Below, in pieces: positions 45,700-57,636 of a DNA stretch of 64,000 bases. Source of the stretch: Lentisphaeria bacterium (lineage in GTDB: Bacteria > Verrucomicrobiota > Lentisphaeria > JABSQK01 > JAWLHB01); assembly GCA_041690595.1 (NCBI GenBank), contig JAWLHB010000022.1, positions 62,001-126,000 on the forward strand, read 5' to 3'. The notes under the pieces are model-generated. The model did no database searches and had not been told where the DNA came from. It worked only from the letters and a program-made list of their open reading frames with translations. Made by a program: the position numbers and the translations under genes. How positions within the stretch are numbered: position 1 is the first letter of the stretch; the number at the start of each line of letters is the position of its first letter.

Positions 45700-48600
45700 T
45701 GTTCCTCCTTACCGATCAAGAGCGTAGTCCAGAATGATTCGTGGCGATTGTAGATGCTGGCGCCGGCCAGGCTGCTCTCTTCACGCTCGTCCCCGCGCAG
45801 CCGGTAGACGCGGCCGAAGCGGGCCTGCAGCTGCGTTGTGCCGGGCTCGATGTCGAGCGCGGCCATGGGTATTGCCGCCATGGCCGTCCAGGAGCCTTTG
45901 TCGCTAGTGGTCTCCACCTGCCAGTCACTCTCCCAGCTCTGCTCCCAGCCGCGGGCGTCGTAACGATTGCCATTTGGCCCGATGGTGAAATACCAGTGCT
46001 TGCTCCCGTCAGTCAGGACTATCTCGACCCGGTCGCCGTTGGGAAACTGCTCGGTGGCGGAGTAGGGCGCTACCACGACCTTATCCACTGCATCATCCCA
46101 GGCCACGATCCGGAAGTAAAGATTCTCCCGGTCGCACATCGTCCTCACCTCGGTCTGGTGTTCGGCCGGCGCCCGGTCGAAGACGCGCCAGTCGTCCACC
46201 TTTCCGAACCCCGTAAAGGCAATCGCCTTCTCCCAGTGTGTCGACGTCGCTGCATTCCAGTCGTGGGTGGACTCGGGCACCCACGGAATCGCCTCGCGAT
46301 TCAGGCGGGCCGACAGGCGATCGAAGCCGCTCAGAATGCGCTGAACAAGTTGCTTCGAGACAGGATGGACTGCCGCCTTCTCCGCCTCCACCAGCAACGT
46401 CCGGGCCCGCTCTTCGTTGCCCGGCTCGACGATGAAGGTCGTGAAAAGGTCCCGCTGGCTGATGTGGCAGTTGACCAGTTTGTCGATCTTCGGATCCAGC
46501 CAGGATGCCCGAACCAGCGCGTGGAACTTCATCATCGGCTCAGCCGCCTCGCGGAAGCTGCGCTGCATGTAGTACTCCCGCAGTTCCTGCGGCTCCTGCG
46601 AGGGATCCCACATCAGGCGTGCCAGCACCCAGCGTTCCATCGCATCTACATCCCAGATGTAGGAATAGGGATCGCCATTGCCCGTGTAGTTGTTGGGAAA
46701 CTCGACATCCGGGCAGCTTTCCGTGTGTGCCAGAAAGCCACCAGCCTTGGCCAGCTCTCTGAAGTCGCTGGCGGCGGCATCGGCTACCGCGCTGAAGCCG
46801 TTCAGATTGTAGTAGCTGAAGACGGACAACCCCTTGCCTTCATGACGCTCCAGCCAGGTGCGGTAGCGCTTCTCCCAGATATCGCCCCACGCGCCGTTGG
46901 CGTCACCATCGAGGATCGGATAGCGCAAGGTCCGTGTCGAATAGGCCGCATACTGCGGCTTCAGAGCTGGATGCACGGCCACTGCCGGTGGCTCCGCGGA
47001 ATAGATGTAGGCATGCGTCACCAGCTTCAGATCGGGATACTCCTTCATCAGCACGTCAGCCGCCTCGTTCATCATCATGAACATCCGCGTCGAGAAGAAC
47101 CGCGAATCCTCCTCGCTGTACGGCGACTTTGGCGCCAGGATGCTGCCGTCCGGCAGTTGAATCGGCGTCATGCAGCTGTCGCAGGAGCAGACCCGCCATG
47201 TGTCCGCCTGAAAGCACGACAGGTAATCGAGCTTCTCGGGAGCTTCCGCAAGAGCTATGCGCAGGCCGGCGATCAGGGTCTTCACGACCTCCGGGTTGGA
47301 GAAGCATGGGTTGAGCCAATGCTCCTTTATCATGCGTTTGCCATCGATCATCGGGAAGAACTCCGGATGGCTCTCCTTCAACTCGGCAAACGGATGCACC
47401 TTGAAGATATAACTGAAGAAGCTGCCGTTCATGATGGTGTGTCCGCCCATATCACGGTTGAAGCCGTCCTTCATCGGCACGGAGGTATTGAGCCCGAGGC
47501 GCGACATCCAGAAGAGCGTATCCGTCATCGGCAAGCCCCCGGGAAAGCTGAACGCCCGGGCCGGAAAAGCGGGGCGCGAGCGGAAATCGCTGACGGCAAA
47601 CTCCACCCCGTCCTGGGTGGAATAGACCGTGCCGAACTCCTCATGCGGCCTCGCCCAGATGATGTCCGTATTCTCTTCCAGAAAACGAATCGCCCCGAAG
47701 AGGACGCCAGCGGGCTTGGTGCCGAAGATATAAATGGCCTTGCCGTCACGGCGAACCGCATAGCCGTCGCTCTCGCCGAGAAAGTCGAGATCCTCCGGAT
47801 AACGCTCTGCCCATGTCGTGCCGACGTAGAGCTTGACGTTGTCCGCCGCGGAGGGCTTCGCCAGTACCGGCAGCTTCCTGCCGCCGATCTTGTACAGCCA
47901 GTGCTGCAACTCCCGCGCGGCCCGTTCCTCGATCATATCGGCATCCGCGGCAAGCACGATCTCCTGCTCGGTGGCTGAAGGGGCCGCGGTTGCCGCTGCC
48001 TCTCCCTCCACATGCATCAGCCCGACATTCGTGAGGCTGATCGAGGACTCCAGATGCGGCCACTTGATGAAGAAAAGCATGCGTACGTAAGCCGCCTCGG
48101 CGGGCATCGTGAAGGTCGTGTTGTTGATGTGGTGATAGGGAGGCAGGTCATCGATGCGCAGCATTGTCTGGTCGTAGACCATCATCTGTCCGCGCCGTAA
48201 CGCGCCGGGGGGAAAGGCGTAGACGGCTCCAGGCATGACCGGGATGGGATCCGTCAGGGCGTATCCACCGGGCACGATCCGCAGCACCGTCCTGCCCTTT
48301 TCCTCGACCAGCGTGGCACCGGCACGGTCACGCCAGCCAGAGTAGTTGTTCAAGCCGCCGGCGAAGTCACCGTTGATCACCAGGTTTCCGGAATCGACCT
48401 CGTCGAGACGCACATTGTTGAAGGCGGGCTGTGCCTCCTCGCTGGTGCAGAGCAGCTGCAGCTTAACGCCCTCGGCGGGTGAGTAGAACCACTGGCGGTA
48501 CTCCTGCCGATCGGGCTGAATAGTCTGCCAGGGCTCCTTGAAGCAGCCACTGTGCGGCAGCCTGCCGTCGCCATCAAGGATCCGCACTTCCCAACTGGCC

Positions 48601-48740
48601 CTCGTTTCGGCATCGGCCTCAAAGCTCAGCTGGTACTGGGTCAACGGTCTGACCTCGTATTCAGCGACGAGGGCCGGATCGGCCCCGGCCGCAAGCATCA
48701 CGCACAACGGAAGCGTCCAGAGAAAGAGACAATTCCTCAT
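45696..48740 (-). CDS. DUF4838-domain protein with N-terminal CBM-like and C-terminal CBM9-like modules
   Basis: AARELQHWL, SDGYAVR, HPEFFPMIDGKR, PCFSNPEV, VCSCDSC, ARLMWDP; start moved to ATG 48740 (ATGA overlap). Confidence 0.8.
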   Translation of the reverse strand: MRNCLFLWTLPLCVMLAAGADPALVAEYEVRPLTQYQLSFEADAETRASWEVRILDGDGRLPHSGCFKEPWQTIQPDRQEYRQWFYSPAEGVKLQLLCTSEEAQPAFNNVRLDEVDSGNLVINGDFAGGLNNYSGWRDRAGATLVEEKGRTVLRIVPGGYALTDPIPVMPGAVYAFPPGALRRGQMMVYDQTMLRIDDLPPYHHINNTTFTMPAEAAYVRMLFFIKWPHLESSISLTNVGLMHVEGEAAATAAPSATEQEIVLAADADMIEERAARELQHWLYKIGGRKLPVLAKPSAADNVKLYVGTTWAERYPEDLDFLGESDGYAVRRDGKAIYIFGTKPAGVLFGAIRFLEENTDIIWARPHEEFGTVYSTQDGVEFAVSDFRSRPAFPARAFSFPGGLPMTDTLFWMSRLGLNTSVPMKDGFNRDMGGHTIMNGSFFSYIFKVHPFAELKESHPEFFPMIDGKRMIKEHWLNPCFSNPEVVKTLIAGLRIALAEAPEKLDYLSCFQADTWRVCSCDSCMTPIQLPDGSILAPKSPYSEEDSRFFSTRMFMMMNEAADVLMKEYPDLKLVTHAYIYSAEPPAVAVHPALKPQYAAYSTRTLRYPILDGDANGAWGDIWEKRYRTWLERHEGKGLSVFSYYNLNGFSAVADAAASDFRELAKAGGFLAHTESCPDVEFPNNYTGNGDPYSYIWDVDAMERWVLARLMWDPSQEPQELREYYMQRSFREAAEPMMKFHALVRASWLDPKIDKLVNCHISQRDLFTTFIVEPGNEERARTLLVEAEKAAVHPVSKQLVQRILSGFDRLSARLNREAIPWVPESTHDWNAATSTHWEKAIAFTGFGKVDDWRVFDRAPAEHQTEVRTMCDRENLYFRIVAWDDAVDKVVVAPYSATEQFPNGDRVEIVLTDGSKHWYFTIGPNGNRYDARGWEQSWESDWQVETTSDKGSWTAMAAIPMAALDIEPGTTQLQARFGRVYRLRGDEREESSLAGASIYNRHESFWTTLLIGKEEQ

Positions 48741-50743
48741 CGTCCGTCCCCCTCCGCCGCCGTCAGCCGTTGCTCGAGGTAATCCCGACGCTCCGCGGCC
48801 AGCCAATACTCAAAGGAGTGCCACACCGGCAGCATCTCACTGGCAAGGCGTGTAATCTCCGCGTCGCTGAGACCCTCCGGCTGCTGCAATAGCGCCCCCG
48901 CCTGGTCGAATCGTTCCAGTGCCGGGTCAAGACGGGTGCTTACAAATTCTGGATCGCCGAAATCGCGACTACGCCAGTAATTGTCCACCAGCTCCTTGCT
49001 GGCCTTCCTGTACTTCTGCCAGCCCTTGCGAAGCAACCCCAGGCGAAGCTGCGACAGAGCGTCGTCGGGTGGCGCCTCCCACTCGATGCTCCCCCACTTC
49101 CCGGTGTTGTGGACGCGCCCGCCGCTCCAGGAAAGCCCCCCCGCCGGTGACCAGCGTATCGTCTCGAAGAGCCAGCCGCTCTCGACACCGAATGGCAGCT
49201 TGTCGTACAGCATCTCCCACGGGAAGAAGAGATAGACGCCGATGCGGTCACCGAGGATGCGCGTTTCCGCCTGCAGATACTCTTTCGCGCTGCGGAAGCC
49301 GGCATGCGGTGACGACCAGTCGTAGGTGCTCGTCTCACCGTCGTCCAGCCCGACGATCCACTGATAGTATGGGCTGTCCGGGGTGGGTGCCATGTACATT
49401 TCGAGCGCCCCCAGGGATTCGCCATTGGCCTGACGCGCCGCCAGATTGGGCTCCCCGCACAGAACAAAGATATGCCAGCCCGCCTTGTCATAGACCATGT
49501 AGAAGGCAGTCTGCTCGAAGTAGGCAGCCTTGTCCTGCTCCTTTGCGCCCACCTCGCGCTCGGCATTCACGTCCAGTATCAATGCGTCGGCATCCTTCTG
49601 ACTGTAGTCCAGGAAGCGCGCTTCCCGGTAAAGGGGATCGGCAAGCAGTTCGGAGGCGAACCAGCCGGCCGCACCCAGCGGCGCCTGCTCCACGTAACGG
49701 CAGAGGTATCGCGGTTTGGGCCGGGCCACAAGCTGTTCCGCCTGGCCGGCATAACCGCGGGCAATGCGCCCTTCATCGAGCGTCTTCAAAGCTGCCGCCG
49801 CGCCGTTCAGGGCATGGTAGAGATCCAGAGCCTCAGCCTGCAGCGACGTCTTCGCGGCCTCGACCTGGGTCGACTGCACCGCCGTTCCCGCGGCTGTCGC
49901 GTCGAGTCCCAGTCGCACCAGTTCCGCCATCAGCCGTGTAGCAACCGGCAGTTCTTCGTCGGCCAGGGCCGCGGCCGCGCTCTGCCCGGCCTCGGGCGTC
50001 ATGCCAAGGACGACGCGTGCCTCGATCAGCCCCGCGAAGGCTGTCACCCGGTCCTTGGCGGAAATGCCGTCGTACCGCAGGAAATGGTTCCAGGCAAATT
50101 CGACGGTCTCCGGCCGCTGCCAGTTGGTGCTGGGCGGCTGCATGGTCGCCAGAATGCGCAGCCAGTTCCGCACGTTGAGGGATGGATCGTTCAGGGCCAG
50201 CATCCGTTCGACCACGGGGCGAAGCTGTTCTGGATCGCGCACACTGCGCCAGCAGTAGGTCGCCATCTTCCCGAGGACGAAGAAGCGATCACCGGCGCTG
50301 AGGTCAGGCAGGGCCAGCGCCTCCTCGTAGAGGTCGGCGGCTTTCGATTGAAAGCCCTGCGAGTTGGCCATGTCGCCAAACGCGCACTGGATCTTCGCCA
50401 GGCCGGCTGCCGTGATGTCGGGCAGAGCGCGCAGGCGCTCCAGCAATGCCAGAACGGAATCATACTCGCCGTCATTGATGAGAGCATCGGCCACGATCAG
50501 CCCGGCGGTCACCTTGCGGTCCAGAGAGAGCGCTGGATCGTCGAGCATGATCAGGACGGCGGCATTCAGCCGCTTGTGGAGCTCACGAGCGTCGTCCAGG
50601 CGTTTGTCGCGCTGAAGCTGCTGGGCTTCTTTTCGCAGCTCCTGAAATGCCTCCCAGCCCATTGGCTCCTGGCCGCTGGTTGGTTGGGCCAGCATCAGGA
50701 TACCCATCATCAGTATAAGTGTTTTGACATGCTTCACGATCAT
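48737..50743 (-). CDS. Secreted TPR-like protein with C-terminal CBM9-like domain
   Basis: Signal peptide, helical repeats (AADLYEEALAL), YDKAGWHIF...LEMYMAP...FFPW. Confidence 0.6.
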   Translation of the reverse strand: MIVKHVKTLILMMGILMLAQPTSGQEPMGWEAFQELRKEAQQLQRDKRLDDARELHKRLNAAVLIMLDDPALSLDRKVTAGLIVADALINDGEYDSVLALLERLRALPDITAAGLAKIQCAFGDMANSQGFQSKAADLYEEALALPDLSAGDRFFVLGKMATYCWRSVRDPEQLRPVVERMLALNDPSLNVRNWLRILATMQPPSTNWQRPETVEFAWNHFLRYDGISAKDRVTAFAGLIEARVVLGMTPEAGQSAAAALADEELPVATRLMAELVRLGLDATAAGTAVQSTQVEAAKTSLQAEALDLYHALNGAAAALKTLDEGRIARGYAGQAEQLVARPKPRYLCRYVEQAPLGAAGWFASELLADPLYREARFLDYSQKDADALILDVNAEREVGAKEQDKAAYFEQTAFYMVYDKAGWHIFVLCGEPNLAARQANGESLGALEMYMAPTPDSPYYQWIVGLDDGETSTYDWSSPHAGFRSAKEYLQAETRILGDRIGVYLFFPWEMLYDKLPFGVESGWLFETIRWSPAGGLSWSGGRVHNTGKWGSIEWEAPPDDALSQLRLGLLRKGWQKYRKASKELVDNYWRSRDFGDPEFVSTRLDPALERFDQAGALLQQPEGLSDAEITRLASEMLPVWHSFEYWLAAERRDYLEQRLTAAEGDGR

Positions 50744-52536
50744 TTCGCATCCCCTTCGAGTATACGCTGCATGCGCAGAATGTGGTCAATTATCTCGAGG
50801 CGGACCGTATTCAGGTCCGCGCTGTCCTGGTCGAGCAGCGCCAGGTATTGCAGTGCCTTCTTGCCAGCATACCGCGCTTCGGCGCTCCCGGCAGCCACAG
50901 CTTCATTCGCCACTTGACAGAGCTTTGTGGCATAGCGGATATCGTCTATCGCCTCACGGAAACCTTCCCAGTGCAGCGTATCGATGATGCCATCCCGGGT
51001 TGGATAGACAAAGCAGATACGATACGACTCGCTGTCGAAGTCATTCCAGATATTACGCCGGTAGCCATAGTACCGATAGTTGGCGCTGCCGTCGTAGTCG
51101 GCTTTGTAGAGTTGGAAACCATGCGTGCGGCGGATGAAGTCGGGATTCTCGGGCCCGGTATGCGGCCCGGCATAACTGACGATTCTGGCTCCCATGGCGT
51201 GCCACTTCCGCGCCGATTCCGGCTTGAATTCATGCCCCGGATAGTTGACGATGTCTTCATTAAAGCCGGCATAGCCGAAGTGGGTGTCCTTGCCGGTGCT
51301 GTAGACCTTCATTCCCATGTCGTGCAGCAGGGCGAAGAGCGGCAGCTGCGCCTCGAGTACCGAGCGTCCCGGCTCGTCCCAGCCGATTCCGTAGATGTTG
51401 GTATGTCCCAGGACCTTCTGTATCAGCGCCCGCTGCTCCTCGGTCTGCGCCACCAGTTGCTGCCACTTTCCGGGAGGAATCTCGTTGCCGGTCATCAGGT
51501 ACCGGTAGAGCAGCTCCCAGTTGTAGACCTGCATGAAGCCGATGAGGGGATCGGTGCTCATTCCCGCCTCCTGCATCAACTCCAACTGGCGCGTCATGAT
51601 CTCTTCGGCATCCCGCCGCTGGATCCTGGGCAAGAGGAGGGTGTCGACGTTGTGGTCGCGCAGGTTCTTCATCTCCGCCAGCACCTTGCGTTCGGCGGCG
51701 GCGCGATCCTCGCCCAGAAGCTCCGACATGACATCCAGGTTAGTGTGATTATAGAGCGTGCTAAGGAAATCTCTCTCCAGATCGTACCAGGTTCTTGGCG
51801 GCGGCAGCGAAAAGGGGAGGACCCGCAACGTCACCGTCATGCGTCCCAGCTCCTCACCGCCGGCGGCGAGGGAGATCGTTCCCGTGTAGAGGCCGGCAGC
51901 GGCCTCCTCGGGAATCCGCAGCGTCAGCCAGAACTGTTTGCCGCTGCCTTCGCTCAGTTGCACCGGTTGAAGCTCCGCGCTGTCCGCGACCGGCTCCAGT
52001 GCATGATTGAAGATCGGCAACGCCCCCTTTACCTGATCCGGATAGCTGACCCAGCGGTACCGCGCCGCATCCCCATCGCCCAGTCGCACATAGTTTTCCT
52101 CAGCCTCGTCATCGACCCGAATCAGATCTTCGTCGTGGAGCAGAAGCTCCGGTATGAGGACTCGGCGGTCGGAATCGGCGAAGTAGCTGTGCCACCCTGT
52201 TCCCCCCTGGTACCAGCACTTCACAACACGGATGTCGACATTGGCCGCCGGAATACTGCCCTGATCCCCGGCCAAGGCGGACGCCGTCAACTGCACGGCC
52301 CCAAGATCCCGCTCTGGAAAGATCATGAAGGAAGCCGGCACGATTTCGCCCTGGGCACCGACCGCGCGAAGCTCGTCGCTCAAGCGCCCATCCTGAGGCA
52401 GGCGGTCAGGTAACCTCTTTTCATTGCTGATGGCGGGGACGGCATAACTGGAATACTGGGCTCTCGCCACGCTTGCGACCATACAGCCGGCAAGCACGGG
52501 CAAGAGCAGGAGACGACAAAGAACCTGCTGCTTCAC
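50740..52536 (-). CDS. Secreted GH123/DUF4091-like glycoside hydrolase-like protein
   Basis: GEIVPASFMI, QFWLTLRIPE.AAAGLYTG, WDEP, TLHWEGFREAIDDIRY; GTG 52536 is better spaced from GAGGAG than TTG 52542. Confidence 0.7.
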   Translation of the reverse strand: MKQQVLCRLLLLPVLAGCMVASVARAQYSSYAVPAISNEKRLPDRLPQDGRLSDELRAVGAQGEIVPASFMIFPERDLGAVQLTASALAGDQGSIPAANVDIRVVKCWYQGGTGWHSYFADSDRRVLIPELLLHDEDLIRVDDEAEENYVRLGDGDAARYRWVSYPDQVKGALPIFNHALEPVADSAELQPVQLSEGSGKQFWLTLRIPEEAAAGLYTGTISLAAGGEELGRMTVTLRVLPFSLPPPRTWYDLERDFLSTLYNHTNLDVMSELLGEDRAAAERKVLAEMKNLRDHNVDTLLLPRIQRRDAEEIMTRQLELMQEAGMSTDPLIGFMQVYNWELLYRYLMTGNEIPPGKWQQLVAQTEEQRALIQKVLGHTNIYGIGWDEPGRSVLEAQLPLFALLHDMGMKVYSTGKDTHFGYAGFNEDIVNYPGHEFKPESARKWHAMGARIVSYAGPHTGPENPDFIRRTHGFQLYKADYDGSANYRYYGYRRNIWNDFDSESYRICFVYPTRDGIIDTLHWEGFREAIDDIRYATKLCQVANEAVAAGSAEARYAGKKALQYLALLDQDSADLNTVRLEIIDHILRMQRILEGDAK

Positions 52537-52571
52537 GGGCAACTCCTCACGGGGGTGGATGAAGATGATGA

Positions 52572-53294
52572 CTACTGGTAAACGACGGAGCCGTTACTAT
52601 TGCGGGCGATGTCCAGACCTGGCGGACCTGGCCTGCTGGGCCTGTCGGCATGTCCATCCCCATAGAGCACGTTGACGCTTGTGCCGTGACGGAACTCGAT
52701 GCTGTAATACTGGAAGTATGGGTCGGTGCGGGCGCGATAATCGACGGCCGTATATCCATCGCGGCGGTCGGCCAGGAAGAGCGTATTCTCCAGAGAACTC
52801 AGCCGGGAAAGCTTCTCGGCGGCAGGAATCGGTCCAGCGGTCCAGGCGGGATTGACCGTACCGTCTGCCTTGATGTGCGGGAAGATGTCGCTGTTGATGG
52901 AGAAGTCCGGATAGCCGAACCAGAGCGTCGGGTGACGCTCGGCGCAGCGGAAGATGGAGCTGGATCCCTTGTCATTCGCAAAGAGTGTCCATGTCCGGCC
53001 ATAGCCGGCATGCTCCTTAATGTAATCCGGCCACATCCGGTTGGCCTCAGCTTGGTTCAGGGATGGCGGCAGGTATTCGTCGTTCTCGGTGGCGTAGCTG
53101 AAGATTGCCAGCCCAAGCTGTTTCAGGTTGTTGATGCAACTGATCTGCCGGGCGCGGCTGCGGGCGCTGCTCAGCGCCGGCAGCAGCATCGACGCCAGAA
53201 TGGCTATTATGGCCACGACGACGAGCAGCTCGATCAGGGTGAAAGCTCGATTGGTTGTGTGAGTTCTTCTCTTCGGCATGTCTTGTTTCCTCAT
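52572..53294 (-). CDS. Prepilin-type N-terminal domain protein with H-X9-DG motif (DUF1559-like)
   Basis: [31 protein letters not shown]...[21 protein letters not shown]. Confidence 0.92.
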   Translation of the reverse strand: MRKQDMPKRRTHTTNRAFTLIELLVVVAIIAILASMLLPALSSARSRARQISCINNLKQLGLAIFSYATENDEYLPPSLNQAEANRMWPDYIKEHAGYGRTWTLFANDKGSSSIFRCAERHPTLWFGYPDFSINSDIFPHIKADGTVNPAWTAGPIPAAEKLSRLSSLENTLFLADRRDGYTAVDYRARTDPYFQYYSIEFRHGTSVNVLYGDGHADRPSRPGPPGLDIARNSNGSVVYQ

Positions 53295-53356
53295 CGTTTA
53301 CAGGCAGGCAACCGTGTTTCGGTCGCGCGTTTCAGTGAAAGTGAATTCCGATCCGC

Positions 53357-54187
53357 TCATTTGTTATAGGGCGCAAAAAGTCCGCTGAATTGGTTGGAAC
53401 TGTTGTTGTTGGTGTAGAAGTCGATGCTCGGACGCTGGCTGGGCATCGATTCGGCGTGGGCGTCGACAAAAGCGACATTGACGGTGCCATGGTGGCGGCC
53501 TTCCATGAAATCGTTGTAGTAGCGCTGGTCTTTGGTAACGTGGTAGGCACTGGACGTGCCGTTGCTCAGCTTACCTGCGCCATTGCTCGTCAACCCGCCC
53601 CCCGGCATGTATTGCTGAGTATACACCCCCGCCGCGGCTCCATAGCCGTAGTACATGTTGATGTTCTTTTCCGTGCCATAGTCCACAAACATCAGTTTGG
53701 AGTCTGGGGTGTTGACACGGCCTTGCCGAACCGGTACCGAGACGTTGAAGGCCTGGTTGTTTGATGGTCGTATTGCTACCCGCATGCCACTCCGCAGTTG
53801 CACGTGGTTGTAGCTGTAGTTGGCCGCCTGCAGGATGTAGAGAAGTCTGAGCGGATCGGACGTCTGCGTCGGGCTGGATGGGCAGACCAGCGAACCGAGC
53901 ATCGAATTGCCGACTGTCTCATGGAGGTACATGTACCATTCCGTATAGTACGTGCCCCAGATGGTATTCGGACGGTCGACCGCAAAGGTGGCGACCAGAT
54001 AGCCGTCGTATTCATCCGCGTAGAGCGCACACCCCATGCCGATCTGCTTGAGGTTGTTCAGGCACTGCGTCCGGCGCGCCATGCCCCGGGCGCGCGACAG
54101 CGCCGGCAGCAGCAGGGAAGCCAGGATGGCGATTATCGCCACAACCACAAGCAGCTCGATGAGGGTGAAGGTCCGTTTGCTTTGCAT
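53357..54187 (-). CDS. Prepilin-type N-terminal domain protein with H-X9-D(A) motif (DUF1559-like)
   Basis: [19 protein letters not shown]...[24 protein letters not shown] 54187 with GGGAGA (alternative GTG 54220). Confidence 0.92.
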   Translation of the reverse strand: MQSKRTFTLIELLVVVAIIAILASLLLPALSRARGMARRTQCLNNLKQIGMGCALYADEYDGYLVATFAVDRPNTIWGTYYTEWYMYLHETVGNSMLGSLVCPSSPTQTSDPLRLLYILQAANYSYNHVQLRSGMRVAIRPSNNQAFNVSVPVRQGRVNTPDSKLMFVDYGTEKNINMYYGYGAAAGVYTQQYMPGGGLTSNGAGKLSNGTSSAYHVTKDQRYYNDFMEGRHHGTVNVAFVDAHAESMPSQRPSIDFYTNNNSSNQFSGLFAPYNK

Positions 54188-54216
54188 AGCCGTCTCCCAT
54201 GGTTCGATGATCGTAC

Positions 54217-57200
54217 TCACGGATGAACCGCCTGAGCAGTTCCGAGATCCTGCAACCGTATGGATGCAGGCACATCACGCATGTCGGTCAGGTCAAGTGC
54301 TCTTCTGTTCAGAATGATGGCGATGCCGCTAAGCTGGATGGGAAACTGAATGGCCGCTGACTTGGCGGGTGGAATAGGATTCCATCGGCGTCCGGGGGTG
54401 ATGTTCAGCTCCTCGCTGGCCCCATCGATGGGGAAGGAGACAAAGCGCCAGCCATCGTGGCAGATCGACAGATCGCCCGGCCAGTCGTGGTAGATCCCCT
54501 CGGTTCGCCAGCTCGTACCCGCGGCGTCGACGATCTCGAAAACGATCTTGCCCCAGCCGGAGTCGCCCCGCACCCAGACCCCAACCGTGGCCGGTCTGTC
54601 GTCTACAGGCAGGGGGCTCTTGAGCCGCAGAACAGTATACTCACTGACGATGTCGGCGACGCTACCCTCGCGGCGAAGGGCCAATTGCAGGCATGGCCCA
54701 CGTTCGTCGTCCTCCACCTGCGTCAGATCGAAACTGCCCGGTGTGCGCAGCGGCAGGCCGCGCTTCTCCATGTTGTTCAGGGTTGAATCTTCGACCAGCT
54801 CCCATGCATCGATCTCCTTCATTCCCTCCGCCACCGTGAAGCTCGGCGGAGGCGGCGTGAAGTGGCGCTCGGCGATGGCAATGGACGCGAGCGGCAGCGC
54901 GCCAACCAGATAAACCGGCTCGGGCCCTGCCACGACTTCCAGACTGGCGGTGGCTGGAACGGAACGCTCGTCCCCATAGCAACCGACCTGCGTGAGCTGA
55001 ACCGCTTGCGGGTAAGTCAGCTCGAGGGTGGCGTCGCCGAGCGCGGTCCAGAGCACCTGTACGGTCATGCCGTCTGCTCGGGGGAACTCCAAGGCGTAGA
55101 CTGTCGTGGAGCCGGTGTCGATGCGCTTCGGTTGCCCGACGCGGTCCAGGAGCCGGGTGAGGGTGGCCACGGCGACGTAGGAAGGTTTTGGATAGAGCAG
55201 CGGATAGCGTTGGCAGAGGCCGCCGGCTCCCCAGAGGGTGTTGTAGTAGGCATTGCCGGCGTCATGAAGGATGGCCGGATTGATATGGTCGAAGCCGTAG
55301 GCATGGCAGAGCAGCATGTCACGGGCGATCCAGGCCGCCTGTCGTCGTGGCCCCAACGTGCGTTCCGTGCGCGCCGTGAACTCGTAGCAGCCGGTGACCG
55401 GCAGGTCGTGGCCGAACTTCCGAGCGGCTTCCCGGGCCAGCCAGATGCCTTGTGTTCCACCTTCCCACAGCTTTTCGGGGATGCAGGTCTGCCCGGGTGA
55501 TTCGACGCCGATGTAATCGATAAAAGCGGGATCGAAGCCGTAGCGCAGCAGCGCCGCGATAATCGATGCCGAGCTGCTCGTGTTGCCGACCAGCAGCTTG
55601 AGGTTGGGGAATCGCTCCCGGTAGAAGGTGGCCGCGAAGGTCGCCATCGCCACGATTTCCCGCCCTTTGGCCTCATCTTCCGGTGTGTCGACCTGCTTCT
55701 CGTCGAGCAGCTCCCGCGGGACATAGTGCGCAAAGCTCTCGTGGAGGATGTCCGCCGAGTTGCAGTGGGGGAAGCGTTCGAGCTGTTCGCGGACGATTCG
55801 TTCGGCTTCGTCATAGGCAGCTTCGGGGTTCTCCCGATCCCGGGGGGCCGACCGCCAGCTTATCTGGTTCTGGGTGATCGCCCAATCGGCCATCTCGGCT
55901 TCCCCGTACTTGGTCCAGGCGAAGGTGGTCTTGCGCAGCCCGGCCTTGAAGAGCATCGGCCCGGCAATCGCATTGTCGCCCGCTCCATAGTGAGCGCCCG
56001 AGAACCACCAGGTACCATAGGGGGATTCGTAGCCGGCCTGGCGCGTGTTCGGCCCCAGCAGCGCAAAAGCTGCCTGATGCCGGATCATCTCCCGATCGGC
56101 CTCGTCACGAACGATCAGCTCCACCCCATACCAGCCATTCCGCGGCATGGCCAGCGGCATGGTGAAGCTCTTCTCTTCGCCCGCTGCCGCGAAGGTTGCC
56201 GCTCGGCGCTCTGCAAGCAGCTCCCGGCCGGCACTATCGGTGATCCGCCACGCGAGAGTTGCCGCGCCGGGGCGCAGGCTGGTCAGCGTCGCCGTCATCT
56301 GGGGCAGCTCGTCGTCATGATAGATGTTGCCGGGCTGCGAGGACGCCAGCGTCAGGCCGACCGGGCTTCGTTCCAAGGTCACTCCGAATAGCTGGACGGC
56401 GCTGATCGATCGCTTGTCCGGCTTGTGGCGGGAGTCCCACTGCGCGCCGATGCCGCCGAGCTTCCCAAGGAACTCGAAGTCGAGGTAAGGCTGCGTGGTC
56501 ATCGGGCTGTTCGGATCGCCATTCATCGCGAGCAGATCAAGGATATCGCCGGGCTTGAGCATGAACTCGACCAGGTAAAGGGGGACTTCGCGGCCCGAGT
56601 AGCGCACGGTGCCGACTTGGGTGATCCCCTCGCCTGCCTCTTCGTCACCCCGCGGCAGGACCACGGTCGTATCGGAAATGGCGCCGCCTCGTCCGGATCG
56701 CGCAAAGCGGGTCAGGCGGGCAGTCAGGATCGGATCTCGTTTCGGATCGTCGTCGACGGCGCAGAGCACCCAGGCACGGGAGTAGGTCGCCTGGGGAACC
56801 GCGAAATGAGCGGTCTCGGGCATGCCGTCGAGGGCGGTCCGCGCCAGATGCTCGTCGCATTCGAGCGCCCAGGATCCTTTCATCTGCTTCACCACCCCCA
56901 CATCGACGCTCTGCTCCCCCGAACCCACCACCATGGGAATATCGCGGAGCTGCCGGTGCCCGGCCGGCAGGGAGAGCTCCGCCTCGCGCATGGGGCCTGG
57001 CTTGGCGATCGCGCCGATCGGCAGCGCCAGGTAGCGCGGATCGTGCGCCGGCGAATAGGAGCGCTCCACCTCCAGCTTGTGCTCCAGCTCGAACTCGGAT
57101 CCCTCTTTGGGCGGCAGGTGAACGGTCAGCCCGCGCAGTCTGCCGCTGGTCGCCCGAAAGCCCACGTACTGATCGTCCACGTAGAGCGAAATGCCGTCCG

Positions 57201-57636
57201 CCTCCTGGCGGGCCTCGAAGATCAGCAGATGGGCCGAAGCCTCGGGCAGCGTACCCCAACGTGCGAGCAGCTCCTGCTGCTGGGCATCCGTATAGCGCTG
57301 CAGACGCGGGCGCACATGCCGCTGCACCAGCTTGTCGATGTTGATCACGGCGTCGAAGGCGGTCATGTTCACCACGGCCTCGGCTCCGTCCACCTTCGTC
57401 TTGAGCTGGTGCGGCGGAGATTCGACCCGCAGAGGGAAGATCAGGTCGCGCTGATTGTCGAGGTTGACGATGATCTTCGACCATTCGGGTCGCATGCTTT
57501 CCAGGCGGAACCCCGCCCGCACGGCCGTATCTCCCGGCCGAAGCGACACGACATACTCCCGATCCGTCTCGGCGCCCAGTATGGCCCCGGTCGCGCAGGC
57601 AAAGATGAAAATGAGGATGGATCGCAGATGGGTCAT
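54217..57636 (-). CDS. Large secreted glycoside-hydrolase-like protein, paralog A
   Basis: Signal peptide; TIM-barrel-like core with ILHES and [25 protein letters not shown]. Confidence 0.65.
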   Translation of the reverse strand: MTHLRSILIFIFACATGAILGAETDREYVVSLRPGDTAVRAGFRLESMRPEWSKIIVNLDNQRDLIFPLRVESPPHQLKTKVDGAEAVVNMTAFDAVINIDKLVQRHVRPRLQRYTDAQQQELLARWGTLPEASAHLLIFEARQEADGISLYVDDQYVGFRATSGRLRGLTVHLPPKEGSEFELEHKLEVERSYSPAHDPRYLALPIGAIAKPGPMREAELSLPAGHRQLRDIPMVVGSGEQSVDVGVVKQMKGSWALECDEHLARTALDGMPETAHFAVPQATYSRAWVLCAVDDDPKRDPILTARLTRFARSGRGGAISDTTVVLPRGDEEAGEGITQVGTVRYSGREVPLYLVEFMLKPGDILDLLAMNGDPNSPMTTQPYLDFEFLGKLGGIGAQWDSRHKPDKRSISAVQLFGVTLERSPVGLTLASSQPGNIYHDDELPQMTATLTSLRPGAATLAWRITDSAGRELLAERRAATFAAAGEEKSFTMPLAMPRNGWYGVELIVRDEADREMIRHQAAFALLGPNTRQAGYESPYGTWWFSGAHYGAGDNAIAGPMLFKAGLRKTTFAWTKYGEAEMADWAITQNQISWRSAPRDRENPEAAYDEAERIVREQLERFPHCNSADILHESFAHYVPRELLDEKQVDTPEDEAKGREIVAMATFAATFYRERFPNLKLLVGNTSSSASIIAALLRYGFDPAFIDYIGVESPGQTCIPEKLWEGGTQGIWLAREAARKFGHDLPVTGCYEFTARTERTLGPRRQAAWIARDMLLCHAYGFDHINPAILHDAGNAYYNTLWGAGGLCQRYPLLYPKPSYVAVATLTRLLDRVGQPKRIDTGSTTVYALEFPRADGMTVQVLWTALGDATLELTYPQAVQLTQVGCYGDERSVPATASLEVVAGPEPVYLVGALPLASIAIAERHFTPPPPSFTVAEGMKEIDAWELVEDSTLNNMEKRGLPLRTPGSFDLTQVEDDERGPCLQLALRREGSVADIVSEYTVLRLKSPLPVDDRPATVGVWVRGDSGWGKIVFEIVDAAGTSWRTEGIYHDWPGDLSICHDGWRFVSFPIDGASEELNITPGRRWNPIPPAKSAAIQFPIQLSGIAIILNRRALDLTDMRDVPASIRLQDLGTAQAVHP

